From NCBI GenBank assembly GCA_963704755.1, contig OY969938.1, positions 4,650,001 to 4,682,000 of the forward strand: a stretch of 32,000 nucleotides of DNA, given 5' to 3'. Position 1 is the stretch's first letter. The number at the start of each line of letters is the position of its first letter. This stretch comes from an uncultured Chloroflexia bacterium. Its GTDB lineage: Bacteria > Chloroflexota > Anaerolineae > Anaerolineales > Anaerolineaceae. The position numbers and the translations under genes are program-made. Positions 25,227 to 32,000 of this stretch are shown piece after piece. The notes under the pieces were generated by a model that was given only the letters and a program-made list of their open reading frames with translations, had not been told where the DNA came from and ran no database searches.

Positions 25227-27071
25227 ATGATCAACAAGATTAAGCAGGTCTTCATCGGTTCTCCACTGCCGAATTCTTCTTTTGGCCAAAGGCGCTTGAA
25301 CAAACTAAAAGCCCTGGCGGATTTTTCGCCGGACGCGCTTTCTTCGGTGGCGTATGCCAATCAGGAAATCTACCTGGGGCTGATGATCGCCGGATCGGCC
25401 GGCCTGTCTTTGCAATTCCCGGTCGCGATTGCGATCGTCGGGCTGCTGGTGGTCGTGGCGCTGTCGTACACCCAAACCATCTACGGCTATCCCTCCGGCG
25501 GGGGATCTTATGTCGTGGCGCGTGAAAACCTGGGTACCCTGCCCGGTTTGATCGCCGGCGCAGCCTTGATGGTCAGCTACATCTTGACCGCGGCGGTCAG
25601 CCTGACGGCCGGCGTCGCCGCGATCAGTTCGGCTTTTCCGCAACTGTATCCATTCCGGGTGAGTATCGCCCTGGTTTTCTTGCTGGTGATCACGTTGTTG
25701 AACCTGCGCGGTTTGCAGGAATCCGGCACGGTCATGACCATTCCGGTTTATGGTTTTGTGTTTTTCTTCATCTTGATGATCCTGGTTGGCGGGGTCAAGG
25801 CTGCGTTTGGCGGCGTAGCGCCGGTCGCCGGTGCAGTACCGGTCCCGGCTGCCGTGCAGCCACTGTCGCTTTTTCTGGTGCTGCACGCATTCGCCTCGGG
25901 CTGTACCGCCTTGACCGGGATCGAGGCGATCAGCAACAATGTCCCGGTTTTCAAGTCCCCAGAATCTTCGAACGCGGCTAAAACCCTGATTATTATGGCG
26001 GCCTTGATGGGAGTGCTCTTCCTGGGCAGTATCGGCCTGACCCAGCTTTTGGGGGTGGTGGCCCGGCAGGACGAGACCATCCTTTCAGCTTTGAGCCGGA
26101 CGATCTTCGGCGGTGGGATTGGCTATTTTTTGGTCCAATTTACGACCATGGCCATACTGGCCGTGGCGGCGAATACCAGTTTTGCCGGTTTTCCCCGCGT
26201 GGCGGCCATCCTGGCCCAGGACCGTTTTGTACCGCGCCAGTTAGCCCACCTGGGCGACCGGCTGGTATTTACCAATGGCATCCTGCTGCTGGCCGGTGTG
26301 ACCGCTTTGCTGATCGTAGTCTTTAATGGTGATTCGCATGCCCTGGTGCCTTTGTTCGCGGTCGGGGCGTTTTCGGCCTTTACCCTGTCACAGTCGGGCA
26401 TGGTGAGGCACTGGCTGCGTTCGCGTGAAAAGGGCTGGCGCTACAAATCTTTCCTTAACGGCCTGGGCGCCACGATCACAGGTTCCACGGTGGTCATCAT
26501 CGGAATTAGCAAATTCCTGGAAGGGGCCTGGATTTCTATTTTTGTGATTTCAATGATCGTGGTGCTCTTTTATCGCATCCGTAAACATTATGATAGGGTC
26601 GCTGAGCAAATTTCCTTGCATGGACTGCCACCCTCGCTGCGCCCGCTGCCCAAACCGCGGATTGTCATCCCGGTTTCGGGTGTCCATCGCGGGCTGATCA
26701 ACGCGGTCAATTTTGCCCGTTCGATCTCAAATGAGATCACGGCCGTATACGTGGATATCAACCCCGAATCACACGAGAAAGAAATGCGTGACCGCTGGAA
26801 CGAGTGGTTCCCCGATATCCACCTGGTGGTGCTGGCTTCGCCGTACCGCTCATTGGTCGGTCCGCTGCTGCAATATCTGGACCAGATTGACCGGGAGTAT
26901 AATGATGGCCGCCAGGCGGTGCTGATCTTGCCGGAGTTGATCCTCTCATCGCCCTGGGAAGGCGTCTTGCACAACCAGGCGACTGCGCAGATCCGGCGGG
27001 CTTTGCTGTACCAACGCCGGGTTCACAGCATTCATCGTGTCATTATCGACGTACCCCATCCGTTAAAATAA
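25227..27071 (+). CDS. APC-superfamily amino acid/polyamine permease with a C-terminal cytoplasmic domain
   Basis: 614 aa. It has about 12 hydrophobic segments. The N-terminus LNKLKALADFSPDALSSVAYANQEI and the segment YPSGGGSYVVARENLG are typical of APC permeases. Confidence 0.8.
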   Translation: MINKIKQVFIGSPLPNSSFGQRRLNKLKALADFSPDALSSVAYANQEIYLGLMIAGSAGLSLQFPVAIAIVGLLVVVALSYTQTIYGYPSGGGSYVVARENLGTLPGLIAGAALMVSYILTAAVSLTAGVAAISSAFPQLYPFRVSIALVFLLVITLLNLRGLQESGTVMTIPVYGFVFFFILMILVGGVKAAFGGVAPVAGAVPVPAAVQPLSLFLVLHAFASGCTALTGIEAISNNVPVFKSPESSNAAKTLIIMAALMGVLFLGSIGLTQLLGVVARQDETILSALSRTIFGGGIGYFLVQFTTMAILAVAANTSFAGFPRVAAILAQDRFVPRQLAHLGDRLVFTNGILLLAGVTALLIVVFNGDSHALVPLFAVGAFSAFTLSQSGMVRHWLRSREKGWRYKSFLNGLGATITGSTVVIIGISKFLEGAWISIFVISMIVVLFYRIRKHYDRVAEQISLHGLPPSLRPLPKPRIVIPVSGVHRGLINAVNFARSISNEITAVYVDINPESHEKEMRDRWNEWFPDIHLVVLASPYRSLVGPLLQYLDQIDREYNDGRQAVLILPELILSSPWEGVLHNQATAQIRRALLYQRRVHSIHRVIIDVPHPLK

Positions 27072-27175
27072 ATCACGCGAACCGGGCATGCACACGCATA
27101 CCGCCGTAAATTCGAGGCCTGCTTGCACAAGCCTGGGTAGTTACATAAAATCATCATTGATCGGATTCGCCTTTC

Positions 27176-27850
27176 ATGCCCCGGACCACTTACCACGGAA
27201 TACAGCTCCCAAAATTAGAGCGTTTGCCTACCGCCACAGTCATCGAACGGTTGGACCCGGAGACTGGCCTGGCCGATATGCGCATAGCCAATTGTGATTT
27301 AAGCGGCCAGAAAGCCGACCGTCTGGTCATCGAAAGGACAACTTTTCAACGGGTATTGTTCAACCAGACCCAGTTGACCTATTCACGCGATGTTGATGTC
27401 CAGTTCGAAGTTTGCGATCTGTCCGGGTCGAATTGGGAAAAGGCTCATTTCCAACGGGTGGTATTTACAGGCTGCAAAATATTCAACGCCCAGTTTCTCG
27501 AGGCGATTGTCGAGCAGGTGATTTTTAAAGAGTGCACCGGTCACCGCTCGGTGTTCGCGCTTTCTAAATTGAAAAAGACCCGGTTCGAGAAATGCGACTT
27601 GAAGGAGGCATCATTCGTCGAAGCTGACTTGCGCAAAACGGTTTTTCAGGAGTGTGACCTGACCAAAGCAGATTTGCGTGGGGCAAAGCTCGCCGGGGCG
27701 GATTTTCGCAGTTCTACCATCGACCGCTTGCAGGCCAACCCTGCTGACCTGGCCGGCATCCTGATCGAGCCGACCCAGGCGATCCAGGTTGTGGGGATGC
27801 TGGGCATCAAAGTCCTTTCGATCGGCGAGAGCGAAGAAGAAAACCAATAA
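27176..27850 (+). CDS. Pentapeptide-repeat protein
   Basis: Runs of A(D/N)LxX-type pentads, for example CDLKEASFVEADLRKTVFQECDLTKADLRGAKLAGADFRSS. Confidence 0.8.
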   Translation: MPRTTYHGIQLPKLERLPTATVIERLDPETGLADMRIANCDLSGQKADRLVIERTTFQRVLFNQTQLTYSRDVDVQFEVCDLSGSNWEKAHFQRVVFTGCKIFNAQFLEAIVEQVIFKECTGHRSVFALSKLKKTRFEKCDLKEASFVEADLRKTVFQECDLTKADLRGAKLAGADFRSSTIDRLQANPADLAGILIEPTQAIQVVGMLGIKVLSIGESEEENQ

Positions 27851-28039
27851 TCTTTTTGCGTTTCGGTGAAATGCCTGCTAAAAACACAAAAAATTTATCG
27901 GTTTAGCGTTGTTTCTGATAAACTTGAGAGGTGACTTGCGCAAATCGCGAGTTCGCGGGATACATCACATTTGGGTATCCTGGGGATACCCGGAATAATT
28001 GTGGTCAATTGGACGTATTTGCCTTCGAGGGAGACCAAA

Positions 28040-28570
28040 ATGGATATGGACCAGTACCGTACGAGAGTAACCAGCAGCGTCTGGCAGGGAATTTCCCAAA
28101 GCGGCGTCGATCTTTCTCAATTTCCGGCCGAAAAGCAGGCCAAGATGGTCGAATCGATTTCTGACCAGGTTTTATTGACCTTCAACGATCTCCTGGATGA
28201 TACGCCCCAGGCGAAAATTGCGATCAACGATATGAAGGATGAAGAAACCGAGTTGTGGCAGGGCCGGCCGTTCCTTTCGCTGGTGGAGAAATATGCCATC
28301 ACCAACGAACGTTTGATTGTTTCCACCGGTTTGCTGGGTAAGGATTACGAACATTACGAATTGATCCGCATCCAGGATATCGACATCAAGCAGAACCTGG
28401 GCGAGCGAATTCTCAACCTGGGCGATATCGAAATCACCGGCGCAGATCCAAGCAGTCCGAAAGTCAGCCTTCGTAATATCAAACAACCCCAGGAAGTGTA
28501 TGAGCTGTTACGTAAAGCCTGGTTAGCAGCCCGGCGAAAATACGGACTGCTTTTCAGGGAAGAGATGTAA
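28040..28570 (+). CDS. Bacterial PH-like (bPH_2/DUF304-type) domain protein
   Basis: GAGGGAG lies upstream of the ATG at 28040. WQGRPFLSL...YAITNERLIVSTGLLGKDYEHYELIRIQDIDIKQNLGERILNLGDIEI matches the YdbS/YdbT-type PH pattern. Confidence 0.55.
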   Translation: MDMDQYRTRVTSSVWQGISQSGVDLSQFPAEKQAKMVESISDQVLLTFNDLLDDTPQAKIAINDMKDEETELWQGRPFLSLVEKYAITNERLIVSTGLLGKDYEHYELIRIQDIDIKQNLGERILNLGDIEITGADPSSPKVSLRNIKQPQEVYELLRKAWLAARRKYGLLFREEM

Positions 28571-28611
28571 TCTGGCGGAATTTTTTAACGGCTCAACTTT
28601 TGTAAAAGAGA

Positions 28612-28668
28612 GGGGTGTTTTTATTGTATTTCGGGTGCTTCGCTCGTGAAATACAATAAAAACACCCC
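28612..28668. repeat. Perfect 21-bp-arm palindrome (15-nt loop) in an intergenic region
   Basis: GGGGTGTTTTTATTGTATTTC (28612-28632) is the exact reverse complement of 28648-28668. Confidence 0.9.
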
Positions 28669-28893
28669 AAAATTATGTAATAACCTGGGCAATACCGAGA
28701 TATTAACACTTTCACCTTTCTAAAAAGGTCCTAGAGACTTCTACAGTAATCAGTGCTCAGTGTTATAATCTTACGTATCGAGCCATTTTTATCAGACGAC
28801 CTGCGTGAAAACTGGAGAATTTCGACCTCGCGTGTCATAGGGTGGACATTTCCTACCGGGCGGATCAGAGGGTTGTCAAACGAAAGGGAAAAA

Positions 28894-29283
28894 ATGAATA
28901 TCTATGTAGGAAATCTGTCTTACGACGCCACCGAGGACGAAATTAGGACTTTGTTTGCAGCTCACGGTGAAGTCTCATCCGTTGCAATCATCAAGGACAA
29001 ATTCACCGGCCAGTCTCGTGGATTTGCTTTTGTCGAGATGCCGAATGCAACCGAAGCGCAGAATGCGATCCAGGCTACCAATGGATACGGCTTGCGCAAT
29101 CGCAACCTGTCTGTTAACGAAGCCCGCCCGCGTGAAGAGCGCCCACCCCGCAGTGGTTCAGGCGGCGGCTTTGATCGTCGTGGGGGCGGCGGTGGCGGCG
29201 GCGGATTCGACCGGCGCGGTGGCGGCGGCGGACGCCAGAACGACCGCGGTGGTCATAGCGGTGGCGGCAAGCGCGGCTGGTAA
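28894..29283 (+). CDS. RRM-type RNA-binding protein with a Gly/Arg-rich tail
   Basis: RNP2 is IYVGNL and RNP1 is RGFAFVEM. The tail has GGGFDRRGGGGGGGGFDRRGGGG. GAAAGGGA lies upstream of the ATG at 28894; the longer track ORF start (28753) is unlikely. Confidence 0.9.
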   Translation: MNIYVGNLSYDATEDEIRTLFAAHGEVSSVAIIKDKFTGQSRGFAFVEMPNATEAQNAIQATNGYGLRNRNLSVNEARPREERPPRSGSGGGFDRRGGGGGGGGFDRRGGGGGRQNDRGGHSGGGKRGW

Positions 29284-29305
29284 AAAACTCATTCCGCGAT
29301 ATAAG

Positions 29306-29336
29306 AAAACGTGGCAGGTTAACTGCCACGTTTTTT
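29306..29336 (+). terminator. Rho-independent terminator of the RRM gene
   Basis: AAAACGTGGCAG (29306-29317), loop gttaa, CTGCCACGTTTT (29323-29334), running into a six-T run (29331-29336). Confidence 0.8.
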
Positions 29337-29423
29337 ATTTACGGGATAACCAAAGCTTGACCCTTTTGATTTTCAGCTTGCCTGGCAGGTCCTTATAACT
29401 GTTTTTCTCCTGGCCCGGGTCGA

Positions 29424-29963
29424 TTATTGATTGAGGGCTTTGCGGATAAAATCCGCTTTGGCTTTTATATATTCAGAAGGAGCAGCCTTACCTGATTTAG
29501 CCATCGCCCGTTTTTGGTCGACATAATTCGTTTGTAAGGTTAAATCATATCTCAACCGATCGCGAAAGCCGCGCATCTGGTAGATAGCCGGGTCATTTTC
29601 CCCCAAAATATGGACGTGGATATCGTAAACCGACCCCAGGTATTCATACGAACCCACCAGGATCGAATGGTTTTGCGCTACAAGCATAAGGTTAGTGACT
29701 GGCTGGAACCCCAGGTTGGCCAAAACGGAATTTACGGCCTGGGTCTGCCTGGCCGGGACGATAACTAAAAGATCGACGATGCCATTGCTGGCCAGTTGGG
29801 GCACCGCAGTACTGCCAATGTGTTCGATGGTCAGTTCGGGAAGCTGCAGGTTGATCAAATCGATCACATCCACCGCGACCAGTACGACGGTCGGATCGTA
29901 GGGCTTGACTTCCAGTATGTGTAAATGATATTCACCGATAGGTTTAACATTTTCGATAATCAT
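29424..29963 (-). CDS. GrpB-family (UPF0157) protein
   Basis: YDPTVV near the N-terminus and the IEHIGSTAVP motif. AAGGA lies upstream of the ATG at 29963. The upstream extension to 30020 lacks support. Confidence 0.7.
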   Translation of the reverse strand: MIIENVKPIGEYHLHILEVKPYDPTVVLVAVDVIDLINLQLPELTIEHIGSTAVPQLASNGIVDLLVIVPARQTQAVNSVLANLGFQPVTNLMLVAQNHSILVGSYEYLGSVYDIHVHILGENDPAIYQMRGFRDRLRYDLTLQTNYVDQKRAMAKSGKAAPSEYIKAKADFIRKALNQ

Positions 29964-30047
29964 CAAATAATCCTTTTTGTGCAACTGCTCAGCCTGGTTT
30001 GTACAGGGCAATCGCATCATGCCAATTTAGCCCCAACAGAGAGATAA

Positions 30048-30092
30048 TTTTGAGTGTTATTGTGGGGCGTAGCCCCACAATAACACTCAAAA
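30048..30092. repeat. Perfect 21-bp-arm palindrome (3-nt loop) in an intergenic region
   Basis: TTTTGAGTGTTATTGTGGGGC (30048-30068) is the exact reverse complement of 30072-30092. Confidence 0.9.
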
Positions 30093-30366
30093 ACCCATTC
30101 ATTGGGGAATTGCCCTCGAAAAGCAGGCAGGTTGCAATCGCCTTGCTGGTTTGTAGGGACCTCGAATTTGGGATGTTTGCGGACCTTTGCCCGTGCAAAC
30201 ATTAAAAATTCGCGCTATTTTTCGATGGTCTGCGTAGTTTACTTTTCTTCCTCGTTAGCCTCAATGGAACATTCATGATAAGGCCCGCAGGGGTAATCGC
30301 GGGCAGCCCCCTAAAAGGTAAATCCTCACGACGACGGAGATCAAATCCGCCATGGGATGAGTGGGC

Positions 30367-31002
30367 TTAGAAAGTAATTTCTTCTTTCCCCGCTAACTTG
30401 TCCTGGATCCGCTGGACGACACTATCCAGGTGCTGCGGCTGGTGGACGAAATCTAGGTCGTCGGTGTGAATGGTTAGCACCGGGCACAGGTCGAAAGTTT
30501 GCATCCAATCTTCGTAATATGAATCCAACAGTTGCAAATAGTCGGCCGAAATGTTGTTTTCGATCTCGCGTCCACGCTGCTGGATGCGATCGAGCAGCAC
30601 CGATACGGGTGCTTTTAAGTAGATCAGCAGCGAGGGCGGGGGCAGGGTTTTGATCACCAACTCGAACAGGCTGCGGTAGGTCACAAAATCTCGTTCGGAG
30701 ATGTTGCCTAAATGGTTGAGCGCTCGAGCGAAAATAGCGGCGTCTTCATAAATACTGCGATCGATGATCGCTGAACGCGGATCTTCCCACATTTCCAGGT
30801 GCTGGTTGGCGCGATGACTGAGAAAGTAAACCTGCAAATGAAACGACCAGACCTGCATGTTGGCGTAGAAATCCGGCAAATAGGGGTTATCCACTACGGA
30901 CTCATAGGCAGTACGCCAGCCCAAACGTGAGCCAATCCGTTCGGTGAGTGAGGTTTTACCAGAGCCGATGTTTCCGGCGACCAGGATCAATCGTTTGGGC
31001 AT
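30367..31002 (-). CDS. Deoxynucleoside kinase (dAK/dGK/dCK family)
   Basis: P-loop is VAGNIGSGKTSL. YESVVDNPYLPDFY and DRSIYED (DRS motif) are present. GAGGAA lies upstream of the ATG at 31002; an alternative start is at 31032. Confidence 0.8.
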   Translation of the reverse strand: MPKRLILVAGNIGSGKTSLTERIGSRLGWRTAYESVVDNPYLPDFYANMQVWSFHLQVYFLSHRANQHLEMWEDPRSAIIDRSIYEDAAIFARALNHLGNISERDFVTYRSLFELVIKTLPPPSLLIYLKAPVSVLLDRIQQRGREIENNISADYLQLLDSYYEDWMQTFDLCPVLTIHTDDLDFVHQPQHLDSVVQRIQDKLAGKEEITF

Positions 31003-31158
31003 TTTTGTTCCTCTTGAAGGTGATGTGGGCACGGGTACTGTAGGATTCCTGTTCTCAGCCCGATTTTACCCCCGAAAGGGTTTAAATTAACAGATCGATT
31101 GGGCCATTTGGGATGGTTAAAAAAAAATTTGTAACTGCACAGCCTAACAAGGAAGAAA

Positions 31159-31213
31159 TCCGGGATTGAGGTGTATGCGGGGGCTTCACCTCCGCATACA
31201 CCTCAATCCCGGA
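31159..31213. repeat. Perfect 22-bp-arm palindrome in the divergent intergenic region
   Basis: TCCGGGATTGAGGTGTATGCGG (31159-31180) is the exact reverse complement of 31192-31213. Confidence 0.9.
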
Positions 31214-31488
31214 GACATTTTAACAGAGGCCTGAGTAGTTACTAAAACTTGATAATCGGGCAGGAAATTTCAAATCGTGGTTGCCAGGAGATAATCAATG
31301 GATTGCGTATCTTTTGTAGATCCACCAGGGTTATTAAAGGAAGCGAGGGTGATCCTGCAATGGGATGCGCTTGATTTACACTCGTGATGTCTATATTGTC
31401 AAACATGTGATAAACTTGCAAATGGATAACCCAATCCTGATTTTTATAAAAAACTCCCCCGAAAACCTAAATTTATCCGAGGTGAAAT

Positions 31489-32000
31489 ATGGAACTTGCT
31501 CTTGAAAAGGCGAAAGGGCGTGCCCGCCGCAAGAGGATCCCTGCTACTCGCCGAGAGCGATGGGCCTGGTATTTGTATGATTTTGGCAACTCTGCGTATG
31601 CAGCGGTTGTCCTGTTGGCGGTGTACTCCGCTTACTTCAAGGGGCAGGTAGTTGGCGGCTCGGAAGGGACGCGGTTATGGGGTATTTCGGTGGGGATTGC
31701 CATGTTGGTGGTGGCCGTTTTATCTCCGATCCTGGGTGCTCTCTCTGATTTTGCGGGTTCGAAGAAAAAATTTCTTTTCTTCTTTACGGGTCTATCGATC
31801 GTCTTCACGGCGGCATTGTTTTTCGTCAAGCCCGGTGACATCTTTACCGGGATGCTCTTTTTCATCCTGGCGGAGATCGGTTATCGCGCTGCGCAGGTGT
31901 TCTATAACGCGCTGCTGCCGGAAATTACGACTCCCGAAGATATCGGCAAGGTTTCAGGGAATGGTTGGGCTATTGGCTCCTTCGGCGGGATTATTTGCCT
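31489..32000 (+). CDS. MFS transporter, UMF1/Atg22-like family (3' partial, runs off the window)
   Basis: My own translation from the ATG at 31489 gives MELALEKAKG...RERWAWYLYDFGNSAYAAVVLLAVYSAYF...LSPILGALSDFAGSKKKF, the characteristic WxxYDxxNSxY N-terminus. The frame is open to the window end. The track's antisense ORF 31632..31865 is spurious. Confidence 0.7.
   Translation, partial: MELALEKAKGRARRKRIPATRRERWAWYLYDFGNSAYAAVVLLAVYSAYFKGQVVGGSEGTRLWGISVGIAMLVVAVLSPILGALSDFAGSKKKFLFFFTGLSIVFTAALFFVKPGDIFTGMLFFILAEIGYRAAQVFYNALLPEITTPEDIGKVSGNGWAIGSFGGIIC

Noticed and set aside
25305-26401. Long antisense and out-of-frame ORFs inside the permease gene (25305..25886, 25748..26080, 26123..26401, 26588..26974)
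   Set aside because: These are typical shadow ORFs of a GC-rich gene. They are Arg/Gln/Asp-rich with no motifs, whereas the sense frame encodes a coherent 12-TM permease.
28612-28668. Considered the 21-bp-arm palindrome as the intrinsic terminator of the PH-like gene
   Set aside because: No U-tract follows on the plus strand (AAAATTATG follows the stem). A 21-bp perfect stem is far longer than typical terminators. It is kept as an unexplained repeat-type feature instead.
28955-29398. Alternative ORFs overlapping the RRM gene (28955..29398 +, 29114..29329 -)
   Set aside because: They are generated by the GGC-rich Gly/Arg tail. The RNP1/RNP2-containing frame, with its RBS and terminator, explains the locus.

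Overview
The window is a three-part mosaic.

(1) nt ~930-14850: an AT-rich train of genes, all on the minus strand and tightly spaced or overlapping. Read 5'->3' on that strand it is XRE regulator -> SNF2 helicase -> 70-aa ORF -> SMC/Rad50-like ABC ATPase -> AIPR -> Type III mod -> Type III res -> second AIPR. The ABC ATPase has a CPVC zinc hook and a HEPN-like RNxxxxH tail, which makes it RloC-like. The res gene is split over three frames.

(2) nt ~14850-22300: a plus-strand replication/integration module, separated from the XRE gene by a divergent control region. It contains an HTH protein, a GGGATA iteron-like array plus a terminator, an RHH protein, a Toprim-like + P-loop replication protein, a membrane-anchored HTH protein and a large serine recombinase. 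Parts 1 and 2 together look like an integrative, satellite-like element carrying a stacked defence cargo.

(3) nt 22300-32000: GC-rich DNA. An AbiEi/AbiEii toxin-antitoxin cassette is bracketed by copies of an unclassified ~250-bp structured repeat. Ordinary genes follow: APC permease, pentapeptide-repeat protein, PH-like protein, RRM RNA-binding protein, GrpB, deoxynucleoside kinase and an MFS transporter.

The most promising candidate for something undescribed is the SNF2 + 70-aa + hook-ABC/HEPN module embedded next to an AIPR-bracketed Type III R-M.

Main caveat: five gene disruptions (res twice, the 15.3-kb ORF pair, the integrase, abiEii) all shift the frame by +1. Assembly insertion errors are therefore a serious alternative to real pseudogenisation. 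All family assignments come from motifs read by eye; no database search was possible.
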